Of a stretch of DNA of 20,000 nt, positions 1 through 8,573 are shown piece by piece (the stretch's first letter is position 1; every line of letters starts with the position of its first letter). The stretch lies in the sequence record SRR2962707_2599; one strand, 5' to 3'. Made by a program: the position numbers and the translations under genes. The notes under the pieces are model-generated. The model ran no database searches. It saw only the letters and a program-made list of their open reading frames with translations, and was not told the DNA's origin.

Positions 1-610
1 AGTCGGCACGGCCCGCCGCATCCGCCGCCCGGTCCAAGACGTTCAGATAAAGCCGCTCGACAAAGCCGGTATTGCTCAGCGCGCCATAGGTGTTCTGAAA
101 CTCCGTGCTCGCCACGAAACCGGTGACCACGCTTAGATACTCCCGGCCCGCACCCAACAAGGACATCCAGCTGCCAAAGCCCGCGGCATCGGGTGCCCGG
201 TCCAACGTTGCCTGATACAGCCGATAAACGTCATCCGCCCAGATCGCCGCGACCCCGCTTTGGGTATACCCCGTAGACGCCGCTTGGGTGGCGGTTATGA
301 ATTCCTGACTATTGGAAAACCCTAAAACAACCTCGGCCCGCGATGTGCCGCCGTCTAATTGCCCAACCCAGTTAGACAAGCCCCCGGAATCTGCGGCTCG
401 GTCCAAGACGTTCAGGTACAGCTGCTCCACAAAACCTGTGTTGCTGAGCGCGCCATAAGTATTCTGGAACTCAGAGCTTCCGACAAAGCCAGCCGCCACA
501 TCCGCCAAGACAGCCTGACCCGTGACAATCTGCGTAACCCAATCCAAATGTCCCGCTCGATCCGGCGTGCGATCCAGCGTGGCCTCATAAAGGCGATAGA
601 CCTGCGCACT
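1..610 (-). repeat. Intragenic DUF4214-type tandem repeat block
   Basis: The peptide EFQNTYGALSNTGFVE(Q/R)LYLNVLDRAAD occurs twice, with DNA near-repeats at ~30-103 and ~398-472 (cggtccaagacgttcag...agcgcgccata). YRLY(E/Q)ATLDR also recurs. Confidence 0.85.
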
Positions 611-1687
611 GACCACCGGGTCATGACCAACCTCTAGCGCATCGCCGATCAAAACATCTGCGCCCTCAAACCCGATCACTTGATCTGTGCCACCGCTCCC
701 AATAAGCCAATCATCCGTACCAGCCCCGGCCAGGACATTGTCCTGACTGTCCCCCGTCAGAAACAGGCGCGCCACAGCATCCTCAGCAACCCCATCAACC
801 TTGGAATTTTCGCCCGATATAGAGACTGAATACCGCATCACACCATTTATACCGTCCCCTTCAAAGGTGACTGCATAGGTGCCATCCGGCAATTCCATCT
901 GATACCCGCCAGACGCCCATGTGGTGGTGGTAAACACCCCACCTGTCCCGCTGGCTGTGACAATGATGCCCCCCAATCCTTCGCCCAGATCATAAAACCG
1001 GTCGCCATCCGCATCATCGAGCACAACACCGAGCACCTGAGTTTCATAGTCAAAACGCGCGCCAAAATTCTGTGTCACCACAAAGGGACCCACTGAGGTG
1101 GCGCTGCTTGTATCGGCAATCGCAGCAATTCCGACCTCGGTCAGCTCTGCATTCAGAATCGTGTTGCGATGACCCGGCGGGTCCTGAATGCCATCGCCCA
1201 AATTCTGCCAATCCGCTTTGCGCACCGTGCCGTTAAAATCTTCATCGTCATACCCCCAGTCGATGAAAAAGCCCGCATGTCCGAAAACCGGGTCTTCTGT
1301 GTAAGCGTAAATATTCTCTCCGACACGTCCCCAGTTTACGTAGCCCGCCGCTTCGATACGCGCGCCCAGGCGCAGCTCACCTGGCAGGTTGTGAGATTGT
1401 TCATCTTCGCTGATCATCAGGTTAGAGTGGGTTTCCGCCGCTTGAGCCAATGCATCATGCCAAGCCAAAGGCGCAATCGCGGCCATCCCCTGAAGCTGAC
1501 TTTGAAACGTGGCGAGATCGACGCCAAAGAAACTCAGCACCGAGGTGATGTTGTCTTGTACGGCCGTGCCTGAATTGGCATCGCTGATCAACGCATCAAA
1601 CTCGCCTGCAGGGTCAAGACGCGCCCTGTTCAGCAGCTCAAGCATATATTGCTCAAATTCGGTGGGAGCTTGGGTTACAATTGCCAT
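1..1687 (-). CDS. Secreted CAP (SCP-like) domain protein with a Cna/SdrD-B-like domain, RTX-like repeats and DUF4214 repeats; 3' end runs off the window
   Basis: Absent from the ORF track because it has no stop in the window. Manual translation from ATG at 1687 (SD-like GCAGGAAG upstream) gives MAIVTQAPTEFEQYMLELLNRARLDP...PLAWHDALAQAAETHS...GENI...HAGFFIDWG...PPGHRNTILNAELTEVGI (CAP motifs). Next come VLGVVLDDADGDRFYDLGEGLGG...SGGYQMELPDGTYAVTF (Cna-B-like), GAGTDDWLIGSGGTDQVIG (RTX-like) and VYRLYEATLDRTPD...GFVGSSEF (DUF4214). The frame is open to base 2. Confidence 0.88.
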   Translation of the reverse strand, partial: MAIVTQAPTEFEQYMLELLNRARLDPAGEFDALISDANSGTAVQDNITSVLSFFGVDLATFQSQLQGMAAIAPLAWHDALAQAAETHSNLMISEDEQSHNLPGELRLGARIEAAGYVNWGRVGENIYAYTEDPVFGHAGFFIDWGYDDEDFNGTVRKADWQNLGDGIQDPPGHRNTILNAELTEVGIAAIADTSSATSVGPFVVTQNFGARFDYETQVLGVVLDDADGDRFYDLGEGLGGIIVTASGTGGVFTTTTWASGGYQMELPDGTYAVTFEGDGINGVMRYSVSISGENSKVDGVAEDAVARLFLTGDSQDNVLAGAGTDDWLIGSGGTDQVIGFEGADVLIGDALEVGHDPVVSAQVYRLYEATLDRTPDRAGHLDWVTQIVTGQAVLADVAAGFVGSSEFQNTYGALSNTGFVEQLYLNVLDRAADSGGLSNWVGQLDGGTSRAEVVLGFSNSQEFITATQAASTGYTQSGVAAIWADDVYRLYQATLDRAPDAAGFGSWMSLLGAGREYLSVVTGFVASTEFQNTYGALSNTGFVERLYLNVLDRAADAAGRAD

Positions 1688-1740
1688 ATCATTCTTCCTG
1701 CTTTGTCCATCCGACAGCCAGCTGCTCTTGTTTGGAGCGG

Positions 1741-1768
1741 AAGCTAGCAGGGACAAGCGGATCAGCAA
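1741..1768 (-). promoter_or_regulatory. Candidate sigma70-type promoter for the CAP-DUF4214 gene
   Basis: The minus strand reads TTGCTG-N16-TAGCTT about 55 nt upstream of ATG 1687. This is a pattern match only. Confidence 0.25.
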
Positions 1769-1798
1769 AGCACAGATCCCCCGTCAGCAAGGCCTCGC

Positions 1799-4522
1799 TT
1801 AAACCACGACCATCGCATCGCTGATATCCGCTGGGGCCCAGCCCAGAAAAGTCACGGTGACCCCTTGGTCCTCAAACACAGCGCCTTCGCCCTGCGCCGT
1901 CAGATGGCGGCGCATATCAGCGGCATTGTCATAGGCGAACCCCTCAAAGAGCAACTGATCCCAAGCTTCAAGATCCACCACAATCTGACGAGACGCCTCT
2001 GAGGCGCGAAAGACAAACTGATCAGACAGTATCCCGCCAAACAACACGTTCTGACCGCTGCCCCCGTCCAGAGCGTCGCCCTGACCTATGGCGCGCATCC
2101 AATCGGCACAAGGCGCTGCCGACAGACGTATGAATTCGGGGCTTTGCGCAAAGGCCTCCACCACCTCTTCGCGGCTAAACGCCCCGGACGCCAAACGGGT
2201 CAGCCAATCATGAAGCCCCGTCGCCTCCGGGGAGCGATTCAAAACATTGTTGTACAGCAGCGTGACAAAACCTTGGTCTGACAAGCCGCCATACCGCCCC
2301 TGAAACTCAGCCGAGCCGACGAAACCCGACACAGCAGCCCCAAAAGGTAAGCCCCCCGCCAGCCTATCGCTCCAGTCCAGAAAACCATCCAAGTCAGGAT
2401 TTCGGCCTAATGTCGTTAAATAGAGCCTAAAAACATCATCCGCAAAATCCGCCTGCAGCCCAGACCGAGAGACCTGCATTGCGCTGACCTCGGTGGCCTG
2501 AATGAATTCCCGGCTTTCCGAAAAGCCAACCACAACCTCTGCACGGCTCCGCTCTGCGCGGTTCAGCAAGCCAGTCCAATAGGCCAACCCGCCCGCGTCC
2601 GGCGCACGGCCCAGCACGTTGTTGTACAACAACACCACAAATTGTGCCGAGCTCGCGCTCTCATAGCTGTTTTGAAATTCAGGACTGTCAACAAAGCCGG
2701 AAGCCACTTCTGTCAAACTTTCTGGCGCGTGGATCAGCTGGTCTTGCCAGTGATAGAGACCGTGGAGATCGGGAACCCGGTCCAGCGTCGCCTGATACAG
2801 GCGAAACACCTGCGCTGCGCTGGCGTCAAATGTTGAATGCCAGCCTTCGCCGGTTAACCAGTCATTGCCCGCCTGCCCCTGCAGAATATCCCCCGCGCCG
2901 CCACCGACCAGCGTATCATTGCCCCCCCTCCCTTCCAGATGATCCGCCTCATTCGTCCCTTGGTACAGCCCATCCAGCGGGTTTTGCGCGGTGGGAACCA
3001 CATGCCACAGGTCGCGCAGATCGGAAATCCCCAGGTCCTGCAATTCTAGCGGACGGCGGTCTGACGTGCGGATGATCAGTCGCTCATCGCCCAACCGAAT
3101 GTCTGCACCCGTCGAGGTGGTTGTGAACTCCAACGCCTCTTTGGTATAGAACCGTCCCATGCTCGACAGATCCATCCGGTCGAGCCCAGGTTCGAAATCT
3201 GCGATCTGATCGAGACGCCCGTCGGTTCCAAAGATAAAGACATCTGCCCCAGCCTGCCCCCAAAGCGTATCGGCCCCCGCGCCATCCATCAAAATGTCTT
3301 GCCCCGCACCGCCGCGCAGCAGATCATTGCCCGCCCCGCCAATGATCTGATCCCGCCCATTCGTGCCTGAGTATTCGTTACGATTACTGCCCAAAATGAC
3401 GGTATCGCCAATGTCTCCGATATCCACTCTGAGTTGGGTCACCCCAGATCCCGCATCTGTTTGTCCTGCAGCTACCCCGCCCGCCACAAACAGATCGATC
3501 CCGTTGTCACGCGCCCGCATCTCTAGGGCTGTTGGATTGCTGAGAGCAGACACCGTGTCATCAACAAAATGCCCCAAGGACAGCAACCGCCCCCCCGGCA
3601 GCAAGGTCATTAATTGAAGGCCGTCCTCTCCTCCGCCAGCTGCAACATAGGTCTGGCCATCGATTTCAAGCACCTCCAAGACCCCAAGCGCCCCAAAGCG
3701 CGTGGTCAGATCATCATTGACCTGATCGGTCACGTGCAAACCACCGTCTGCGGCCACGGCCACAACGGCGATGGACCCGCTGCCCGCAGCTCCGATCAAC
3801 GCATAGGTTTGCCCCGCGACTTCGGCCATGGCCAAGCTTGTCGCGATATTGATCGCCAGCCCGTCGCGCGTGTCGATCCGGGCCACCAGATCAAGGTCCC
3901 CATTCGCCCCGAGCCGCAGACTGGTCAGGCGATCACCGGCCGACAGCGCCAGAACATAGGTTTGCCCACCAAGATGTGCTTGGCCCAAGGCAAAAATATC
4001 GTTGGCGCGAAACACTTCGGACTGAGAGCCTGCCTCCAGCGCGCGCAAGCGCTCCTGTCCTTCGCGCTGCCAGACCTGTAAACCTTCGGTGTGACGCGAT
4101 GTGGTGACAAAAAGCTGTCGCCCCCCGACGTCGACCACCTCAAGCGCCAATAAGGCTCCCGGCTCATCGCCATGGCCGGTCATTGTCAGGCTGAACCGGG
4201 ACTCAATTTGCCCGTTTTCCCGCAGCCAATAGCCTTCGACCTCTGCGCCATAGCGCCCAGTGGCCAAAACAGCCTGCACGCCATCGATATCAACGGCGGT
4301 GAGCTGGCGTGGGGCATCCAATCCTCCCCCAGCGCTGTAGGTTTCGCTATCGCTGGCCCGCAGGCCACGCGCTGGATCCCGCACAAGCACCCCCCCGCCT
4401 GCACCGCCGGCGGTATAGAGCTGCGGACCACTCGACGTCTCCAGCACCAGCATATCGCTCAGCCCGGTCATATAGGCCCGCGGTCCAGCTGTCTGTGTCA
4501 CGATATGGGTGATCTGTACCAA
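1799..4522 (-). CDS. RTX (hemolysin-type Ca-binding) secreted protein with an N-terminal beta-propeller-like domain and DUF4214 repeats
   Basis: ORF track 1799..4630; the start is moved to in-frame TTG at 4522 because GGAGG lies 10 nt upstream. The protein has repeated blade-like segments (GGQTYVLALSAGDRLTSL, AGQTYALIGAAGSGSIAVV, DGQTYVAAGGGEDGLQL) and nonapeptides (GGAGNDLLRGGAGQDILMDGAGADTLWG). The DUF4214 block is at ~2132-2822. The C-terminus is T1SS-like (DQFVF...IVVDLEAWDQLLF...ADISDAMVVV) and no Sec signal is evident. Confidence 0.88.
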   Translation of the reverse strand: MVQITHIVTQTAGPRAYMTGLSDMLVLETSSGPQLYTAGGAGGGVLVRDPARGLRASDSETYSAGGGLDAPRQLTAVDIDGVQAVLATGRYGAEVEGYWLRENGQIESRFSLTMTGHGDEPGALLALEVVDVGGRQLFVTTSRHTEGLQVWQREGQERLRALEAGSQSEVFRANDIFALGQAHLGGQTYVLALSAGDRLTSLRLGANGDLDLVARIDTRDGLAINIATSLAMAEVAGQTYALIGAAGSGSIAVVAVAADGGLHVTDQVNDDLTTRFGALGVLEVLEIDGQTYVAAGGGEDGLQLMTLLPGGRLLSLGHFVDDTVSALSNPTALEMRARDNGIDLFVAGGVAAGQTDAGSGVTQLRVDIGDIGDTVILGSNRNEYSGTNGRDQIIGGAGNDLLRGGAGQDILMDGAGADTLWGQAGADVFIFGTDGRLDQIADFEPGLDRMDLSSMGRFYTKEALEFTTTSTGADIRLGDERLIIRTSDRRPLELQDLGISDLRDLWHVVPTAQNPLDGLYQGTNEADHLEGRGGNDTLVGGGAGDILQGQAGNDWLTGEGWHSTFDASAAQVFRLYQATLDRVPDLHGLYHWQDQLIHAPESLTEVASGFVDSPEFQNSYESASSAQFVVLLYNNVLGRAPDAGGLAYWTGLLNRAERSRAEVVVGFSESREFIQATEVSAMQVSRSGLQADFADDVFRLYLTTLGRNPDLDGFLDWSDRLAGGLPFGAAVSGFVGSAEFQGRYGGLSDQGFVTLLYNNVLNRSPEATGLHDWLTRLASGAFSREEVVEAFAQSPEFIRLSAAPCADWMRAIGQGDALDGGSGQNVLFGGILSDQFVFRASEASRQIVVDLEAWDQLLFEGFAYDNAADMRRHLTAQGEGAVFEDQGVTVTFLGWAPADISDAMVVV

Positions 4523-4713
4523 AACGTCCGGGCCTCCTGCTGCGTGAAGGGAAAGATGACACACAACTTGGCCAGCCCGCGTGATCTCGGTGGGCAAAGA
4601 ATTCGGCAAAAACGCGGAGTTTATGCGCAATTTAATTCAGCAGCGTAGGGACATGGTTGCGCAGGGTTCAGCTTTACGACATCAAAGTCGCACCCCTGTG
4701 AATGCCTTGGATC

Positions 4714-5652
4714 ATGTCTGCAGAAATACCCGCCCCCCCCCGGATCACCATCTTATTGTGCACCTATAACGGGGCGGCGCATCTGAACGCACAGCTGGCC
4801 TCCTATGTCGCGCAAGATCACGATGATTGGGATCTTTGGGTCAGCGATGATCATTCAACTGATGACACCTGGCAGATCTTACAAGCCTTTCAAAAGGCCG
4901 AAGGCCATCGCCGCACGGTGCGCCTGCTGCGCGGCCCCGGCAAGGGCGGCACGATAAATTTTCTATCTTTGCTCTGTCATCCCGACCTGCCTGACGGGCC
5001 CGTCTGCCTGTCTGATCAGGATGATGTCTGGTTGCCACATAAACTGCACCGCGCCTTAGACGGGATAAATTCAGGCGGATCAGTCACGCTTTATGGTGCG
5101 CAATACCACCATACGGACGCAGATCTGACCATCATTGGGGCCTCGCGTCTGCCACGCCACGCGCCCAGTTTTTCCAATGCCTTAACCCAGAACATCGTGA
5201 GCGGTCACAGCGCCACACTTAGTGCCGGGGCCCTTCAGCTTGCCCGAAGCGCCGGGGTGCCCAAGGGGGTGCCCTATCATGACTGGTGGCTTTATCAGCT
5301 GATCACCGGTGCTGGAGGCGATGTGGTGATCGACACGGAACTTGTGCTGAAATATCGCCAGCACGACAACAATGTGATGGGCGCCAATCAGGGACTGCGG
5401 GCAACTCTTGAACGCATCGGTCAGGTTTTTGGGCATACCTATGGTGGCTGGCTTCAGGCGAATATGGCCGCGTTGCGCACCTGTGAGAACCTATTAACCT
5501 CAGAGAACCAGGCCGCGCTAAAAACTTTGACAAACACACCGGTAAGACCTGGCCTTGCCCGGCCCTACCGCTTTCGCCAGCATGGGCTTTATCGGCAAAC
5601 CGCGCTCAGCACCCTGTGTTTGTATCTGGCCGCAGCCTTGGGGCGTGTCTGA
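4714..5652 (+). CDS. Family 2 glycosyltransferase, RgpB/RfbC-like putative rhamnosyltransferase
   Basis: Motifs ILLCTYNGAAHL, VSDDHSTD, CLSDQDDVWLPHKL, YHDWW and YRQHDNNVMG. Start is ATG 4702 or 4714. Rhamnose specificity is inferred from the subfamily and the nearby rml genes. Confidence 0.88.
   Translation: MSAEIPAPPRITILLCTYNGAAHLNAQLASYVAQDHDDWDLWVSDDHSTDDTWQILQAFQKAEGHRRTVRLLRGPGKGGTINFLSLLCHPDLPDGPVCLSDQDDVWLPHKLHRALDGINSGGSVTLYGAQYHHTDADLTIIGASRLPRHAPSFSNALTQNIVSGHSATLSAGALQLARSAGVPKGVPYHDWWLYQLITGAGGDVVIDTELVLKYRQHDNNVMGANQGLRATLERIGQVFGHTYGGWLQANMAALRTCENLLTSENQAALKTLTNTPVRPGLARPYRFRQHGLYRQTALSTLCLYLAAALGRV
4733..4741 (+). repeat. C9 homopolymer at the 5' end of the GT2 gene
   Basis: Read directly as ...cccg-CCCCCCCCC-ggatc. 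It is the longest G/C run I found in the window. Confidence 0.8.
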
Positions 5653-5658
5653 CGCCCC

Positions 5659-6318
5659 TTAGCCCCGCCGCATGTTACGGGTATGATGGGCAATACCTTT
5701 GTCGATGTCTTCGTAAAAATGCAATTTACCGTTTTCCAACACAGCTGCGGCATCACATAGAGACCGCACTTGGCCCATAGAGTGGCTGACCACCACCGCA
5801 CCTGCGTCTTTCATCCGAGCCCGAAACACCACGTCGCTGCGCGCCTTAAACGCCGCATCCCCGACAGCCGTGATTTCATCAACCAAATAGGTATCAAACT
5901 TGATGCCCATAGACACGCCAAACGCCAGACGCGATCTCATACCAGAAGAATAGGTCCGCAATGGCAGTCTGAAATGTTCTCCCAGGCCGGCAAAATCTTC
6001 CACAAAATCGACAAGCTCATCAGTGTCTGTCCCGTAAATCCGACCAATGAAACGGGTGTTCTGCACCCCCGTTAATTCAGGGTGGAAGGAACCGGCAAAC
6101 CCCACAGGCCATGAGATGGTTCCTGTCGAATAAATGCGCCCGGATGTCGTGTCTTGTGACCCGGCGATCATATCCAAAAGCGTTGATTTCCCGGCACCAT
6201 TGCGCCCCAAAAGCGCAACAGACCGCCCCGTCGGCAGGATCATATTGATCTGGTCTGCCACAACCTTTCGCTTTCCATGCAGCGAAAAGACCTTGGTCAC
6301 GTTCTCAAGGCAGATCAT
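5659..6318 (-). CDS. kpsT: Capsular polysaccharide ABC exporter ATP-binding subunit
   Basis: Walker A GRNGAGKST, ISWPVGFAGSF, signature YSSGMRSRLAFG, Walker B YLVDE and VVSHS. It is 219 aa with no C-terminal carbohydrate-binding extension. Confidence 0.93.
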   Translation of the reverse strand: MICLENVTKVFSLHGKRKVVADQINMILPTGRSVALLGRNGAGKSTLLDMIAGSQDTTSGRIYSTGTISWPVGFAGSFHPELTGVQNTRFIGRIYGTDTDELVDFVEDFAGLGEHFRLPLRTYSSGMRSRLAFGVSMGIKFDTYLVDEITAVGDAAFKARSDVVFRARMKDAGAVVVSHSMGQVRSLCDAAAVLENGKLHFYEDIDKGIAHHTRNMRRG

Positions 6319-6324
6319 GTCCGG

Positions 6325-7617
6325 TTACCGTCGGTCTTTGATCGAATAGGCCACAAGCACCACAATCGACCAGCTTAGAAACAGGAACAACGTCACCATA
6401 AACAGCAAAGTCAGCCGTTTCGGGTGCTCAGGCGATTCAGCCAATGTTGGCTGCATGTATGCGGCCAGATACCGGCTTTGGCGGCGCGAATCCGCCTGCG
6501 CGCCATCATACCCGGCCAAGGCCGTAACATAGGCCCGTTCGGCAAATTCACGGTCTACGACCAAGCGTTCATACTCCCCGATCAGATCAGCAAAAGCGCG
6601 CCCACCTGCCTCAGTTCCACCGCCAATGCCCAGCTTTCGGCGTTCTGCAGCAATACGGTTCTCGATGACGGCCAAGCGCCGCTCAGCCTGTTCCATCCGA
6701 GGATCCGCCGTGCGCACGGTTTCCCGCATAAGTTCAATGTCGATGATCGCTTCGGCCTGTTGTGCATGCAGGTTCCCCAAAAGACCGGCCTGACTCTGCA
6801 ATTCCAACTCTGGATTAACCAGCTGGTTTTCGTTGCGGAACCGAGTGATGACCTCGCGCGCATTCTTGAGCCGCTCCAAGGCTTCATCCAAATCATCGCG
6901 GGCATATCGAATGGCGTCTTCACGGGCAATCGCGCTAAGATCATTGATCATCTCTGAGCTTTTGGCGAACAACATCTCAGCGATTCTGGTGGCATCTTCA
7001 GGAGAAAAGGCCCGGACTTCGACTTCTAACAGGCCCTGAGCCCCAAAAGACAATCGCACCATCCTGTTCCAGTAACTTACCAGCCCTTCGATCGGGACAT
7101 CTGGATCCAGAGCAAACACAATGTCTTCGTCTGGCTTCGACCAGAGGTTGCGCAGGTCAAGCTCGCTATCCATGTCCCCCACCAGCTTCTGGCTTTGAAC
7201 AAATTCATACAGAATATCCGTGTCCGCCGAACTGGATCCCGATAGGCTACTCAGTCCACTCAGCACTTCGATGGCAGAGCTCGCCTCTTCGCGGCGGACC
7301 GAGAACCCAACCTTCGAAACATACTGATCCGCCGCATATGTCCACAGATACCAGCCTGTAACTCCGGCCGGAGCAAAAACAAAGACCAACAGGGACAGCA
7401 AAACTAGAATATGTCGTGGACGGGTATGGGCAGGGCTGGCTGGAGGCGCAACCGGCTGTTCTGTTGGCGTGGCAGCCACTGGTTTGGGCGTCGGGTGCGG
7501 CAGAGATTTTGGTTTTGGTGGGGCAGGTGGTGAAGCCGGGCCACGTTGTGTATTGGATATGCTTGTCAGGGTAGATACGTTTGACTGTGTCGCCCTGTTT
7601 TGTGCAAATGTATTCAA
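6325..7617 (-). CDS. kpsE: Capsule export polysaccharide co-polymerase (PCP-3, KpsE/RkpR family); start codon uncertain
   Basis: Two terminal TM helices flank a coiled-coil periplasmic region. Motifs AADQYVSKVGFSVR, LEVEVRAFSPEDA and RQSRYLAAYMQPTLAESPEHPKR. It has a Pro-rich N-terminal extension and ends 6 nt upstream of kpsT. Confidence 0.9.
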   Translation of the reverse strand: MNTFAQNRATQSNVSTLTSISNTQRGPASPPAPPKPKSLPHPTPKPVAATPTEQPVAPPASPAHTRPRHILVLLSLLVFVFAPAGVTGWYLWTYAADQYVSKVGFSVRREEASSAIEVLSGLSSLSGSSSADTDILYEFVQSQKLVGDMDSELDLRNLWSKPDEDIVFALDPDVPIEGLVSYWNRMVRLSFGAQGLLEVEVRAFSPEDATRIAEMLFAKSSEMINDLSAIAREDAIRYARDDLDEALERLKNAREVITRFRNENQLVNPELELQSQAGLLGNLHAQQAEAIIDIELMRETVRTADPRMEQAERRLAVIENRIAAERRKLGIGGGTEAGGRAFADLIGEYERLVVDREFAERAYVTALAGYDGAQADSRRQSRYLAAYMQPTLAESPEHPKRLTLLFMVTLFLFLSWSIVVLVAYSIKDRR

Positions 7618-7709
7618 ACTAGCCCCACACGGATATCATTGGCTTCTTCAATGCCTTTATCATACTAGATGACAGCCAGAGACACCATAGAGTTAACGGA
7701 CCCCTTTTC

Positions 7710-8525
7710 ATGACTGACGAAGCGCTTGTTAACCTACCGCAAACGCCCGCAGCGAAGAAACGATCCTTCGCAAGCCTACGCGCCATCACCGCGCTTATTT
7801 TACGGGAAATGTCGAGCACCTACGGGCGCTCTCCTGGGGGATATCTATGGGCCATTCTGGAGCCTGTAGCCGGTATTACACTGCTATCTCTTGTTTTTTC
7901 GGCGGCTTTCCGCTCCCCTTCGCTGGGGGTCAGCTTCCCAATGTACTACGCAACCGGCTTGCTTGGCTTTAATATGTTTGTCGATGTGCATGCCAAAGTT
8001 GCCGCATCACTGCTGTATTCCAAGCAACTTTTGGCCTATCCAACCGTGACGTTTATCGATGCGATCGTGGCCCGGTTTATCCTGAATCTGATGACCCAGC
8101 TCATGGTAAGTTACATTATCCTACTCAGCTGCGTGATGCTTTTTGAAACCCGCATCACACCGGATTTACCCGTGATCATCAAGTCCTTTGCTCATGCCGC
8201 CTATCTTGGTCTGGGGGTTGGGGTGTTGAATTGTTATCTCTTCACCCGGTTCCCGGTTATGCAGCGGGCCTGGTCCATATTGATGCGTCCGATGTTCATC
8301 ATCTCAGGTGTTCTCATTCTGTTTGAGACCGTTCCATACCCTTACAAAGACTACCTTTGGTACAATCCCCTGGTTCATGTTGTCGGATTGGCCCGCAGAG
8401 GGTTTTACAGCACTTATCACGCCGATTATGTCTCAGAGCTATATGTGCTTGGTGTGTCCACACTCTGCCTAACCGCCGGCCTTGTTCTCTTGTGGCGCAG
8501 CCATCGCGACCTTCTCACCCTGTAA
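7710..8525 (+). CDS. kpsM: Capsular polysaccharide ABC exporter permease (ABC-2 type)
   Basis: ALILREMSSTYGRSPGGYLWAILEP and YNPLVHVVGLARRGFY motifs, about six hydrophobic segments, and adjacency to kpsE/kpsT. Confidence 0.92.
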   Translation: MTDEALVNLPQTPAAKKRSFASLRAITALILREMSSTYGRSPGGYLWAILEPVAGITLLSLVFSAAFRSPSLGVSFPMYYATGLLGFNMFVDVHAKVAASLLYSKQLLAYPTVTFIDAIVARFILNLMTQLMVSYIILLSCVMLFETRITPDLPVIIKSFAHAAYLGLGVGVLNCYLFTRFPVMQRAWSILMRPMFIISGVLILFETVPYPYKDYLWYNPLVHVVGLARRGFYSTYHADYVSELYVLGVSTLCLTAGLVLLWRSHRDLLTL

Positions 8526-8573
8526 CCGAGACTGACAGCGCGCACATCAACCTGAATGTCTGTGACCGAGCTG

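Noticed and set aside
1697-1772. Nested and alternative inverted repeats upstream of the CAP gene (TGCTTTG/CAAAGCA, ATCCG/CGGAT, CCTGCT/AGCAGG) as a riboswitch
   Set aside because: The arms are only 5-7 bp and match no aptamer I recognise. The distal arms overlap a candidate promoter and may not be transcribed.
359-1802. Short ORF-track calls (359-637, 847-1065, 1169-1573, 1509-1802)
   Set aside because: All overlap the long minus-strand CAP-DUF4214 frame, which explains the region.
4523-4630. N-terminal extension of the 943-aa ORF
   Set aside because: The SD-supported TTG at 4522 is more plausible, and the extension occupies the divergent promoter region.
7692-7733. Two GTTAAC palindromes near the kpsM start
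   Set aside because: They are six-base sites 36 bp apart, one inside the coding sequence, which is insufficient evidence for an operator.
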